This document shows positions 46,857 to 56,787 of a stretch of DNA of 64,000 bases, piece by piece. Position 1 is the stretch's first letter. The number at the start of each line of letters is the position of its first letter. This DNA is from Candidatus Aenigmatarchaeota archaeon (lineage in GTDB: Archaea; EX4484-52). The stretch spans positions 2,947 to 66,946 of the forward strand of contig JAGLPV010000010.1 of the NCBI GenBank assembly GCA_023137195.1, written 5' to 3'. The notes below the pieces were generated by a model. That model ran no database searches, had not been told where the DNA came from, and worked only from the letters and a program-made list of their open reading frames with translations. Made by a program: the position numbers and the translations under genes.

Positions 46857-47729
46857 ATGGAATATGAAATATTAACAGGGAAGAAGGATATAGAAGATGC
46901 AAAAAACACACCGACAGACTGTTTAAATAAGGAACAGTGTTTTGATCCAAGTTTAAAAGCCATGTTTAAACATTATGGCGGCGAGTTTAAACTAATGGAT
47001 TTTGTTGATTTATATGTCAACAACCAAGATAAAGTAGGAGTTGAACATCGTTTAAATCGAAAAGATGCGAAAGGAAATACACCAGAGATAAAATTATTTA
47101 ATACCTTGAAATATGGCTTAAAAGACAGACGAGAAAAACATCATTTGAAGTTAATGAGAGGCAATATGGAGATAAAAGTAAGTGATGGACATACTATTGC
47201 TTTTGGCGAGAATATAAGAGTTGTTGGCGTAATAGATAAATATTTAGGATTTTCTAATTCAAATTCAGAAGAAGCATTATACGACAAGAAGGCAATCGGA
47301 GATGTAAAAACAGAACAGAATGAAAAAGTTCAATTATTTGAATCACAGAAAGATATTGAAGAAGCGCATAATCTTATTGAAGAATTGGATAAAAAATATT
47401 CCGGAAAACCCGAATATTATGAACGCATTGTGAATCAAATTCAAAGACCATCTGAACTTAGAGATACCATACTTAAGAAATACGGTACAAACTGCAAAAT
47501 TTGTGGATATGGAGGATTTAGAAAAAAAGATGGTTCTTTTTATGCAGAAACACATCATATGATTGAATTGAACAAACAAGCTCCTCAAACCATGCAAAGT
47601 TGGAATGTTTTGGTTTTATGTCCTTTGTGTCATAAAAAAATGCATTATGCGGCAGATGTCAAATCAGAGTTTTTAGGAGATGGATGGAAAATATTTTTAG
47701 ATAGAGAATGGAAAATAATAAGAAATTGA
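46857..47729 (+). CDS. HNH endonuclease-domain protein with an uncharacterised N-terminal domain
   Basis: C-terminus CKICGYGG ... YAETHHMIEL ... NVLVLCPLCHKKMH is an HNH with a Zn-finger. Confidence 0.6.
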   Translation: MEYEILTGKKDIEDAKNTPTDCLNKEQCFDPSLKAMFKHYGGEFKLMDFVDLYVNNQDKVGVEHRLNRKDAKGNTPEIKLFNTLKYGLKDRREKHHLKLMRGNMEIKVSDGHTIAFGENIRVVGVIDKYLGFSNSNSEEALYDKKAIGDVKTEQNEKVQLFESQKDIEEAHNLIEELDKKYSGKPEYYERIVNQIQRPSELRDTILKKYGTNCKICGYGGFRKKDGSFYAETHHMIELNKQAPQTMQSWNVLVLCPLCHKKMHYAADVKSEFLGDGWKIFLDREWKIIRN

Positions 47730-47757
47730 TTTAAAATCTTATTTATCTTAAATAAAC

Positions 47758-48732
47758 ATGAATAGAATAAAACAAACAAAAGAAGAACTACATAAGACTA
47801 ATAAAAAAATAGAAGAATTAGAGAAAAACAACTATTTTATTGGAAGATGGTTTTTTAATAATTTCTTAGAACGTGGGTTTCTTACTACTTTATTTATAGG
47901 TATTCCGGGTATGATATGTATACTATTTTGGATATTTATTATTTTAATTTTTTTGTTTGAAAATACTATTATTTCTGTTTTTTTAATTATCTTAATAGTT
48001 ATTATTTTATTTTTAGCAATGGAAAGATATACTAAACAAAAAAAAGAAATAAATCAATTAAGCCAAAGAAGAGAAATATTAATAAAACAAGTTAAGAAAA
48101 AAGAAAAAGAACTATCCAGAAGAAGAAGAAGAAAACATCAATTAAATGAGTTAATTGAGCGAAAAAGGAAAGACAAAGAAGCGGAAGAAAACCTAAAAAT
48201 CCGCGAAAACTTCATAGCATCTCAAAAGAAAAAAGATTTAGCCCTGTATTCTTTTAAAGGCAAAAAATGCTGGCTCTCCAACAAAATAATCAATGAATTA
48301 AACATAATAAAAAAGCATATTGACACAAATTTTATGCAAATCAACCCTTATGATTTTGAAGAATTTACAAAGCATTTATTCGGTCAGATGGGCTATTCTG
48401 CAATCCAGACAAAAAACACAGGAGATTTCGGGGCAGATGTCATTGCAAAGAAAGGAAAAGATACGGTATTAATCCAATGCAAAAGAAATTCTGTCGGCAA
48501 TAACGTCTCTAATGTAATTGTCCAGCAGACATTAGGAGCAATGTGGAAATACAAGGCAAATAAATCTATAATCGTAACAACTTCGGACTACACAGTTTCA
48601 GCCCACCATCAGGCAAGAAATGCCCCTGTTGAATTATGGAACGGAACTTACTTTAAAAAATTAGTAAAAGAAATCCTAATAGAAGACACAATCAAAAAAC
48701 AAGGAACAATAGATAAAGAGGAAACAAAATGA
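47758..48732 (+). CDS. Membrane-anchored Mrr_cat (type IV restriction endonuclease-like) protein
   Basis: Two TM helices, a basic coiled-coil, then FEEFTKHLFGQMGY ... GDFGADVIAKKG ... IQCKRNSVGNNVSNVIVQQTLGA ... IIVTTSDYTVSA, matching the Mrr catalytic-domain D ... (Q/E)xK pattern. Confidence 0.6.
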   Translation: MNRIKQTKEELHKTNKKIEELEKNNYFIGRWFFNNFLERGFLTTLFIGIPGMICILFWIFIILIFLFENTIISVFLIILIVIILFLAMERYTKQKKEINQLSQRREILIKQVKKKEKELSRRRRRKHQLNELIERKRKDKEAEENLKIRENFIASQKKKDLALYSFKGKKCWLSNKIINELNIIKKHIDTNFMQINPYDFEEFTKHLFGQMGYSAIQTKNTGDFGADVIAKKGKDTVLIQCKRNSVGNNVSNVIVQQTLGAMWKYKANKSIIVTTSDYTVSAHHQARNAPVELWNGTYFKKLVKEILIEDTIKKQGTIDKEETK

Positions 48733-49757
48733 ACAACCCAAAATTCAACCTATCAAAATCCAAACTCCTATCTCAATACAACACAGTCAAAGAACTAGCA
48801 GACGAAACATCCTACAGCTTCAAGACAAACAACATTGTCGGAAACATACTGGAAGAATCCACAACCTGCCTTTTCAGCATCCACACAAAAGAAGCCACAA
48901 ATAAAATAAAAGACAAAAAAAGAATCTGGTTCCTTGCACAAGGCTGGACAGAAAATGACATAGACGAACTAACCAACAAAGGCATCAACCATTTCGTAGT
49001 AGACAACACAGTAGACCTAAACACCCTAACAACCCACATAAACAAAAATAACCGCAAAATTCACCTCCTATTAAGAATGAACCTAAAAGAAAACACAATC
49101 TTCACAGGCAGATATTTCGTATTCGGAATGAAGCAGGACGAAATAAACTCCAAAATCCCAATCTTAGCCAAAAACAAAAACATAGAAAAACTAGGCATCC
49201 ATTTCCACAGGAAAACCCAGAACATCAATGAATGGTCAATAAAAGAAGAACTCGAAGAAAAACTAACCAAAGAAGTATTCAACTGCATAGACATAATAAA
49301 CATCGGCGGAGGACTACCAACAAAATACAAGAACAGCAATGACGACACACTAAACTACATCTTCAGCAAAATCAAAGAACTAAAACAACACCTGAACAAA
49401 AAAAACATAAAACTAATCATAGAACCCGGCAGATTCCTGGCAGCCCCGTGCATCACCTTAGAAACCCATATCAAAAGCATAATCGGCAAAAACATAATCA
49501 TCAACGCCTCTGTCTACAACTCCTCGATGGACACCCTAATCGCCCCCTTAAAACTCCTCGTAGACGGAGAACTGGAATCAGGAGAAGAATATCTAATCAA
49601 AGGATGCACCCCCTGCTCAATGGACATCTTCCGCTATTCCGTCCGCTTAAAAAACCCAAAAATAGGCGATAAAATAATATTCCAAAATGCCGGAGCCTAC
49701 AACTTCCACACAACTTTTTGCTCGCTTCCAAAAATAGAGACAGATATTGTCGATTAG
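48729..49757 (+). CDS. Diverged Orn/DAP/Arg decarboxylase family 2 (alanine-racemase-fold) PLP enzyme-like protein
   Basis: FKTN (PLP-Lys region), GIHFHRKTQ (HxGSQ-like), EPGRFL, and GCTPCSMD in place of CESGD. The ATGA overlap with the Mrr-like gene implies translational coupling. Confidence 0.5.
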   Translation: MNNPKFNLSKSKLLSQYNTVKELADETSYSFKTNNIVGNILEESTTCLFSIHTKEATNKIKDKKRIWFLAQGWTENDIDELTNKGINHFVVDNTVDLNTLTTHINKNNRKIHLLLRMNLKENTIFTGRYFVFGMKQDEINSKIPILAKNKNIEKLGIHFHRKTQNINEWSIKEELEEKLTKEVFNCIDIINIGGGLPTKYKNSNDDTLNYIFSKIKELKQHLNKKNIKLIIEPGRFLAAPCITLETHIKSIIGKNIIINASVYNSSMDTLIAPLKLLVDGELESGEEYLIKGCTPCSMDIFRYSVRLKNPKIGDKIIFQNAGAYNFHTTFCSLPKIETDIVD

Positions 49758-49803
49758 CCAGATATAGGTATACCTTTATTAACTTTATTTTTTATTCTAC
49801 TCT

Positions 49804-50526
49804 ATGAAAGTTGCACTCTTTGGTTTGATAGAAAAAGACAAGTCCAAAGAAACTCTTGTAAAAAAAACCGCAAAAAAATACGGCTTAGAGATTACAAGAA
49901 AAGACCCGGAAGTCGGCATCTGCACTAAAGGAGACGGCACTATTTTATACGCCGAAGAAAAATTCCCGACCCTTCCTAAACTCACCCTGAGAAGCAAAAA
50001 CCATGTGGGCTACAAATGCACCTACGACATAAGCAGGATTGATGAACTCTTCAGCAAAATATCCCAGAAAAAATACACCCTAAAAAAACACATCAAGATA
50101 AAATGCATATTTAACGATAAGGAAATCAATGCACTAAATGAATTTCAGATACACAACATAGTAACGACAAAAGCATTAAGATTTTCGATAAACGTAAAAC
50201 AAAAAAACAAAATTCTGTTTGATGAAAAAAACATAATCGGAGACGGATGCATATTTTCCACTCCCTTCGGCTCAAGCGCCTATTTTTCTTCAGTAGGCGG
50301 CAAAACATTTGAAAAAGGACTCGGGCTTGCCCTGAACAATCCCTATAATATGGATAAAAAAGCATTCTATTTTGACGAAGATGTTGTTTTTGAATTTATT
50401 CTGAACCGAAGCCCTGCATATTTACTGCACGACAACAACCCAAAAACAATAACCATTAAAGAAAATCAAAAAATCACCCTGATGAAATCCGAAGAATACT
50501 TCAACGAAATCCACATAAATGCATAA
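49804..50526 (+). CDS. nadK: NAD+ kinase
   Basis: KGDGTILYA (GGDGT-like), NEFQIHN (NE/D short motif) and DGCIFSTPFGSSAYFSSVGG. Confidence 0.7.
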   Translation: MKVALFGLIEKDKSKETLVKKTAKKYGLEITRKDPEVGICTKGDGTILYAEEKFPTLPKLTLRSKNHVGYKCTYDISRIDELFSKISQKKYTLKKHIKIKCIFNDKEINALNEFQIHNIVTTKALRFSINVKQKNKILFDEKNIIGDGCIFSTPFGSSAYFSSVGGKTFEKGLGLALNNPYNMDKKAFYFDEDVVFEFILNRSPAYLLHDNNPKTITIKENQKITLMKSEEYFNEIHINA

Positions 50527-51555
50527 TCACCAAACATAAGGAATAAACATATATTTCGTCTTTTTACAATATTCCTGGTACTCCGGGTCTCTCATCAAAT
50601 GCTTCTCCTCTGTTACCGTCCGCAAATAATATATAAATGACCAGCCAAACATCGCAATAAACGCAGGAACGCTCATCACAGGCAACACAGTAATCCACCA
50701 AGCAAGATTCTTTGAAATATAAGCAGGATGCCTTATCCATCGATAAGCCCCGGTAGTAACAATCCCTCTGTTAGTAAGATTAGAACATTTCGTCCCCAGA
50801 GATATTGTAGCCCACAAATACACCAACAGCAATAATATAATACTGCTCCTCGCAATAAACGTAATATTGATGGTAGAAAACATAATGTAGTCACTGGCAG
50901 ACCAGCCGATGTATTTCGTAACAGTAGTATTAAATGGCGGATAGCACGCCAGCGTAACCGCCCACCCAATCAGTGTCGGCTCCACAGAACGCACTTTATT
51001 CTTGAGATAGTTTGCCTCAAACATATACCCAAATGAAAAAAAAGCCACATCCACAAAAAATATAAAAGACAACGCAAAAGTATATCCTGCATAAGTCATT
51101 GTCTCAATACTATTTATCTTCACCAAATCCCCGACATTTGAAAAAAATGAATGATAGTTCCCAATCAAAAAATTAAGCATCAATGGCAGGTAAAACAATT
51201 TTACAAGCATAAACAATATCGCCGTCTTTTCCCTGTGACTAAAAAAAGGCATGATTTGAGAGTTTTTACCAAAACTGCCAATATACTTCGCAAACGCAAT
51301 AGTATTTCTAATTATTGAACTAAATATCAGGTATGGTTTGTGATTATTGATGTCTTTCTTCCTATCCAAAAAAAACATAAACGGCGCAACAACCAGGTAA
51401 GCAATAAATAAATTAACGAGAATATCATTTGTTGAACTCTTCAGGAAAGAAACATAATATCTGTTGTTAAGACAAAAATACAAACCCATGCCATAAAGCA
51501 TGACTCCATAAAAATAATGCTGGAGTGATGAACGTATATTTTTTGAGGAGAACAT
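50527..51555 (-). CDS. ICMT/PEMT-like membrane methyltransferase family protein
   Basis: C-terminus TTGAYRWIRHPAYISKNL is the RHPxY motif of isoprenylcysteine carboxyl methyltransferase-like enzymes. Multiple TM helices. Confidence 0.5.
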   Translation of the reverse strand: MFSSKNIRSSLQHYFYGVMLYGMGLYFCLNNRYYVSFLKSSTNDILVNLFIAYLVVAPFMFFLDRKKDINNHKPYLIFSSIIRNTIAFAKYIGSFGKNSQIMPFFSHREKTAILFMLVKLFYLPLMLNFLIGNYHSFFSNVGDLVKINSIETMTYAGYTFALSFIFFVDVAFFSFGYMFEANYLKNKVRSVEPTLIGWAVTLACYPPFNTTVTKYIGWSASDYIMFSTINITFIARSSIILLLLVYLWATISLGTKCSNLTNRGIVTTGAYRWIRHPAYISKNLAWWITVLPVMSVPAFIAMFGWSFIYYLRTVTEEKHLMRDPEYQEYCKKTKYMFIPYVW

Positions 51556-51614
51556 AGAACTAATATAAATAAAATTAATTTAAGTTTAATCCCCGTACAA
51601 CATTCATACCAATA

Positions 51615-52724
51615 TTATTTTGTCGATTTAACCGTCAAAAATCCCCACCAAGGCTTCTTCTCCTCTAAAACCTCAGCTCCGGCAGCATCCACAGTTATAT
51701 TTTTCCTGACAGTTACAGGAATAAGACCAATCAATTTCCTTCTCTCCTCTGTCCTTATTTTATAGACTGCCCTACCATTTTCTTCAACCAACTCCACTTC
51801 CTTTGGCTCAACCTTTATTCTCTCCATAACTTCACTTGCCATGAGTTTAACCTCGGAATTGCCGACTCTCAGAACATTGTTTTTTATCTTCAGCTCAGGC
51901 GCCTTTATCTCAAAATCCTTATCATGAATAATCACATGAGTCTTTACAGGCATTATCGTTATATTTCTTTTATTGACTCTTGCCATTACTCTCTTGTTGA
52001 CGGTGCTGACAATGACATCGTCTGCCCTTATCTCATTCGGCTTTACTCTTATTTCCTCGACAAGTTCGCTCATCTCATCTGTCCTGATTTCATCTTTGCT
52101 TTTTATCAACTCTTCTATCAGTTTATCAATCTCATTTCTCAGTCCCTTAAGCTCAGCTATCCTTTCTTCTGTTTTTATCTCCTTAGTCATTATACTGCCA
52201 ACTTTCATATTATAATAACCAGTTATCTCTTCTCCTCTAGACACTGCCACTGGTCTTTCCATCGATGCAAAAACGGGTTTTGCCTCACCTGTCGAAACAG
52301 CAACTCCGGCAGCAGCACTGCCGGACATTTCAGCTTCACATTCTTCGCCTTTCCTGATATCCTCCTCAAGTTTTTCTATTGTCCGTTTAATCTCTTCTTT
52401 CCCCTCACGATATCCTCTCTTTCCAAGCTCTTCTTCAGACAATAAATATAAGGATTCATAGTGCTTTTTCTTCTCCCGAAGTTTTTCTGTCTGGACGCAC
52501 ACTCTACCCATAGATATTAATGGAGTGCCGAGCATTACCATCTTTGTCTCTCCGATCTGACTTTCCTGACAATCCTTTTCATCTTCCCTTATCTTTTCCT
52601 TTATCGCACGTATTTTCTCATACAACAGACTTATTGATTTCTCATCATTACTGTACTCTGCTTCTTTAAGCTCTCTCATCAACAGATTCAACTCTTTCAT
52701 CAACTTGGCATCAACCAAACACAA
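51615..52724 (-). CDS. Hypothetical Glu/Lys-rich coiled-coil protein
   Basis: 369-aa ORF, predicted helical. Confidence 0.4.
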   Translation of the reverse strand: MCLVDAKLMKELNLLMRELKEAEYSNDEKSISLLYEKIRAIKEKIREDEKDCQESQIGETKMVMLGTPLISMGRVCVQTEKLREKKKHYESLYLLSEEELGKRGYREGKEEIKRTIEKLEEDIRKGEECEAEMSGSAAAGVAVSTGEAKPVFASMERPVAVSRGEEITGYYNMKVGSIMTKEIKTEERIAELKGLRNEIDKLIEELIKSKDEIRTDEMSELVEEIRVKPNEIRADDVIVSTVNKRVMARVNKRNITIMPVKTHVIIHDKDFEIKAPELKIKNNVLRVGNSEVKLMASEVMERIKVEPKEVELVEENGRAVYKIRTEERRKLIGLIPVTVRKNITVDAAGAEVLEEKKPWWGFLTVKSTK

Positions 52725-53092
52725 CCCATGCTCACCGGTGAATTTTGAGTTACTTTTATTGCGTGCATCACAGTATCAACACTCGCCTTACGTGAAATTG
52801 ATATTGAACTATTTGAATCCCTTGTTATCACAGCATCTGTATGAAATTCCCCTGATAATGACGGAACATCCAACTCTCCCATACTGCCTAACCCAGACAC
52901 AATAATTTCTGAAGTAACTGTCGGGTTTTGAATTCCTGTATTTGTAGTCGAAACACTTATCAACGGACCTGAACCACCGCCGGCACTTCCACCGGAAACA
53001 GTAATATTTTCCGTAGCACTGACCATACCACCAAAAACACTCATCAACATCCCAAAAACAATCAAACCCACCAGGCATCCCTTCAACTCCAT
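52700..53092 (-). CDS. Small secreted Ser/Thr/Gly-rich protein (possible pilin-like)
   Basis: N-terminal hydrophobic helix followed by a low-complexity region. Confidence 0.35.
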   Translation of the reverse strand: MELKGCLVGLIVFGMLMSVFGGMVSATENITVSGGSAGGGSGPLISVSTTNTGIQNPTVTSEIIVSGLGSMGELDVPSLSGEFHTDAVITRDSNSSISISRKASVDTVMHAIKVTQNSPVSMGCVWLMPS

Positions 53093-53145
53093 ACTAATAT
53101 AGATACTAAACCAAACATTTATATAATTTAAAAAATCATATTCTC

Positions 53146-53895
53146 ATGGAAACAATCTTAATTTTTGGCGCCATTTTTTTAGCATCCGGCTTGAAAGTAA
53201 TAAAGCAATATGAAAAAGGAGTAAAATTTACTCTGGGAAAATACAGCGGCATAATGAATCCAGGTCTGAGGTTCATAATTCCTGTAATCCAGTCAATGGA
53301 GCGAACAGACATGAGGATAAAAACAGTAGACGTCCCAAGACAGGAAACAATGACAAAAGACAATATCTCTGTAAAAGTAAATGCAGTAATCTATTTTAGG
53401 ATTAATGATGCGGCAAGGTCAGTCATAGAGATAGAAGATTATTTTTATGCAGTAAGCCAGCTTGCCCAGACTTCAATGAGAAACATTATTGGCGAAATAA
53501 CCCTTGACGAGGTCCTGTCAAAAAGAAATGAAATTTCCCAAAAAATAAAGATTATTGTTGATAAAGCATCAGACCCATGGGGAATTGATGTTACCAGCGT
53601 TGAACTAAAGGATGTCGAACTCCCTGAAGACTTGAAAAGAGTGATGGCAAAACAGGCAGAAGCAGAGAGAGAGAAAAGAGCAGTAATTATTAAGGCAGAA
53701 GGAGAAGTCATTGCATCGACCAACCTGACAAAAGCCGCACACACGCTCTCAAGAGCACCAGGAGCACTCCACTTAAGGACACTCCAGACCCTAAACGACC
53801 TTTCAAGCGACCAGAGCAACACAATAATATTTGCAATGCCTCTTGAAATCTTAAAAGCATTTGAAGGATATAAAGAGAAAAAACAACATGGTTAA
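53146..53895 (+). CDS. SPFH/Band 7 (stomatin-like) protein
   Basis: N-terminal TM helix plus the stomatin core IYFRINDAARSVIEIEDYFYAVSQLAQTSMRNIIGE and an EAEREK coiled-coil. Confidence 0.7.
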   Translation: METILIFGAIFLASGLKVIKQYEKGVKFTLGKYSGIMNPGLRFIIPVIQSMERTDMRIKTVDVPRQETMTKDNISVKVNAVIYFRINDAARSVIEIEDYFYAVSQLAQTSMRNIIGEITLDEVLSKRNEISQKIKIIVDKASDPWGIDVTSVELKDVELPEDLKRVMAKQAEAEREKRAVIIKAEGEVIASTNLTKAAHTLSRAPGALHLRTLQTLNDLSSDQSNTIIFAMPLEILKAFEGYKEKKQHG

Positions 53896-55003
53896 TGTAA
53901 GAACACTTTTTTTTTACGCTATTCTTGCCTTGGGAGTTTATACATTAACTCCTTTCCTTTTTGTTATTCTTTTATCATTTATCACAGCTTACGCCCTTTA
54001 TCCTTTTTTGAGTTGGCTAAGAAATTACGTCAAATACAAGAGTATTGCTTTGTTTCTCCTCATTTGCTGGGTTTTCATCCCTCTTTATTTCTTCTCAATT
54101 TTGACTTACATAGAATTCCAAAAACTTATTCCTGTATTGCCATTCGTCCAGCAATGGGTTTCTGACGCATTTGTTCAGATAAACATATACACCCCGGATA
54201 TCATCGCAAAATACAACTTAGGAACATTTATCCAGACCGGAACCATAGATATGATTGAATTTTTAAGGCAATTCATGATTGCAAAACTAACTGTCTTGGC
54301 AGTCAGCCTGCCGTGGGTTCTGCTCCAGTTCATATTATACATATTCTCAACATATTACATACTAAAAGACTTTGACATATTCTCAAAAAAGACAGATAGA
54401 TACATAGAGATTCTCTCAGGGGAAAAGAAAGAGTTCGTACAGACAATAGTAAATGGCATAAAAAACAGTTTTAATTTCCTTATATTTAATTACGTCGTCC
54501 TCGCCATTGTAATTGGTCTGATGACATACATTATATTTCTCATCGCAGGAATGCCATTTTCCCTTTTGTTTGCGCTCATCATCGCACTTATAACATTTGT
54601 GCCAAACGTCGGTCCATGGCCTTTCATCGGTCTGATAGGCATCGGCTATTACTTCACAGGAATAAACACACAGGGTGCTATTGGAATAATTGCTTACTCA
54701 TTGATATGTCTTGTCGTCTTTGAATATTTCATACGACCTTCTTACGGAGCAAAAGTAGGCGGCGTCCATCCGCTTACAACCCTTTTCGGACTGCTTGGAG
54801 GAACAATAGTCTTCGGCATAAAAGGTGTCCTACTAGGACCAATGATATTAATCCTTGCCGAAACATTCGTCCGGACACATTACAAAATGAAAGAAAAGGA
54901 AGCGGAAAAAGAAAAAGAAACATTGACCCGGACGCATTATAAAATGAAAGAAAAGGAAGCGGAAAAAGAAAAAATAAGAAGAAGACCTGTTATTATTGGA
55001 TAA
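53888..55003 (+). CDS. AI-2E (UPF0118/PerM-like) family transporter with a duplicated charged C-terminal tail
   Basis: Eight TM helices and an FVPNVGPW motif. Start chosen at ATG 53888, which overlaps the SPFH stop. Confidence 0.55.
   Translation: MVNVRTLFFYAILALGVYTLTPFLFVILLSFITAYALYPFLSWLRNYVKYKSIALFLLICWVFIPLYFFSILTYIEFQKLIPVLPFVQQWVSDAFVQINIYTPDIIAKYNLGTFIQTGTIDMIEFLRQFMIAKLTVLAVSLPWVLLQFILYIFSTYYILKDFDIFSKKTDRYIEILSGEKKEFVQTIVNGIKNSFNFLIFNYVVLAIVIGLMTYIIFLIAGMPFSLLFALIIALITFVPNVGPWPFIGLIGIGYYFTGINTQGAIGIIAYSLICLVVFEYFIRPSYGAKVGGVHPLTTLFGLLGGTIVFGIKGVLLGPMILILAETFVRTHYKMKEKEAEKEKETLTRTHYKMKEKEAEKEKIRRRPVIIG
54861..54974. repeat. 57-bp in-frame tandem duplication (x2) encoding ETFVRTHYKMKEKEAEKEK
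   Basis: Two near-identical 57-bp units at the 3' end of the AI-2E gene. Confidence 0.8.
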
Positions 55004-55006
55004 GTC

Positions 55007-55333
55007 TTATTTCTCCTTCTTTTGACCTTTGGTCTTAGGTGCATTTACCTGCTTATTTAATTTATCTATTTTTCTCTCAAGCACCTTGAGATCTGCTTTG
55101 GTTGCAAAAGGCATCTTTTTTACTGCCATTTTCAACTCCAAATCTATTATTTTTCTGACATCATCGGTCTGTTTTTTCGATTTTTTCACAAAATCTTCTT
55201 TTATTTTATTTCCCTCTTTTGCGCTTAGTTCTCCTTTCTTTACAAGCTCTTTAATTAGCTTTTCTATTTTATCTTTCGTTGTTGCTCCGATTCCCAGACC
55301 GAGCAATATTACTTTCTTTACTACATTATCCAT
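55007..55333 (-). CDS. Phasin-like (PHA-granule-associated protein family) small protein
   Basis: Start at ATG 55333 (MDNVVKKVILLGLGIGATTKDKIEKLIKELVKKGELSAKEG), preceded by an AGGTGA RBS. The pattern is typical of phasin family TIGR01837. Confidence 0.5.
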   Translation of the reverse strand: MDNVVKKVILLGLGIGATTKDKIEKLIKELVKKGELSAKEGNKIKEDFVKKSKKQTDDVRKIIDLELKMAVKKMPFATKADLKVLERKIDKLNKQVNAPKTKGQKKEK

Positions 55334-55347
55334 TTTATCACCTTTGA

Positions 55348-56391
55348 TCATACAAATAATATGAATACAACCATTACTGAAACATACATAAATGCCATAT
55401 GATTGAATCCTGCAACTATATTTCCTCTCTTCAACACACCAGCTATTACTCCGGTGCATGATGCCTGAACCATGGCCATAAGAAAAAACAGGGATTTGAA
55501 GTAAAGATATGACTGCTCTGCATCTTCCAGACTATCTTCTCCCCCAACATCGGATTCCTCTTCAGCACTAAACATATCGGGCGGTTCATATTCCTTGACG
55601 TTGATGTCCTTGTCAAACCCAAGCGCCGAACCAAAAGCACACAATAGAGGTGCAACTGGAGGCACATCACAGAAATTAGGCATGGCTTTTTTGCTCACCC
55701 CCATACTACTGTCCCCGCCAAATCCTCCTGAGAATGTAGAACCTATATCTATATCTAAAGAAAGCATCGGAATCAACATCTTGTAAATTCCGACAAGAGT
55801 CCCCAGAAATATGAAGAAAATAAAATACATGACCATTATTTGTTGTGAAATTGTAGCCTCTCTTCTTTCATTGATCTCTTTTATTGAATAGATATTTCTT
55901 GCAAGGTCTCTCATCGTGTTTACAACATTACCGCCCATCTCAAATGCCTCTGAAATCACGATAAAAGACTGTTTTATTATCTTACTGTTAATTGCCGCAG
56001 CAAGGTTTTTCAGGGCTTTTGGAAACGGGATGCCCCATGATATCTGGGCTGCGGTCTTTTTGATATGTGGTGTCAGCGGACCAAGATCAGTATGGGATAT
56101 CTGCTCAAATGCCTGCGGAAAAGACATCCCTGTCTTCTTGATTTCCGCAAAATTCTTGATAAACACAGGAAACTCCTCCTCAAGATTATCCTGCTTCCTG
56201 AATTTTAAATAATTCAGAATAGACATAGGTATAATAAGAAACAGTACACCTATCATAAAAAAGAATGCCGACGCCTTCCTGTTGATATCCAGAAAATAAA
56301 CTGCCGACCCTCCAAGCACAAAAAAAAGACCAATAACTAAGGATGCTATCTTTATGTTCTTTTGAAATTTTGCATCAAAAATATCTATCAT
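55348..56391 (-). CDS. T2SSF-domain (TadC/FlaJ-like) pilus platform membrane protein
   Basis: N-terminal TM pair; helical domain FIKNFAEIKKTGMSFPQAFEQI ... KALKNLAAAINSKIIKQSF ... TMRDLARNI; further TM helices. Confidence 0.5.
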   Translation of the reverse strand: MIDIFDAKFQKNIKIASLVIGLFFVLGGSAVYFLDINRKASAFFFMIGVLFLIIPMSILNYLKFRKQDNLEEEFPVFIKNFAEIKKTGMSFPQAFEQISHTDLGPLTPHIKKTAAQISWGIPFPKALKNLAAAINSKIIKQSFIVISEAFEMGGNVVNTMRDLARNIYSIKEINERREATISQQIMVMYFIFFIFLGTLVGIYKMLIPMLSLDIDIGSTFSGGFGGDSSMGVSKKAMPNFCDVPPVAPLLCAFGSALGFDKDINVKEYEPPDMFSAEEESDVGGEDSLEDAEQSYLYFKSLFFLMAMVQASCTGVIAGVLKRGNIVAGFNHMAFMYVSVMVVFILFV

Positions 56392-56448
56392 ACAATATAT
56401 AAGAAAGAATATTTATATATTTAAATAATTTCTTGAACAAAAGAGTAT

Positions 56449-56787
56449 ATGAAACAGGCAATTATCATAAGAAATGATTTAAAAATGGGCAGGGGAAAAA
56501 TCGCAGCTCAGGCATCCCATGCAAGTCTAAGTGCTTATGAAAAAACACCCCTTGCAACAAAAAACAAATGGAAAATAGAAGGACAAAAGAAAATAGTCCT
56601 TAAAACAAACACAGAGAAAGAACTGATAGACCTCTTAAAAACAGCACAGATGAAAAACATAAAATGCGCAATGATAAAAGATGCAGGTCACACACAGGTC
56701 GAGCCAGGCACAATCACAGCACTTGGAATAGGTCCTGACGAAGACAGAAAAATTGATGAGATTGTAGGAAATTTAAAACTACTATAA
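56449..56787 (+). CDS. pth2: Peptidyl-tRNA hydrolase, archaeal PTH2 type
   Basis: LKMGRGKIAAQASHASL and ALGIGP motifs. Confidence 0.75.
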   Translation: MKQAIIIRNDLKMGRGKIAAQASHASLSAYEKTPLATKNKWKIEGQKKIVLKTNTEKELIDLLKTAQMKNIKCAMIKDAGHTQVEPGTITALGIGPDEDRKIDEIVGNLKLL

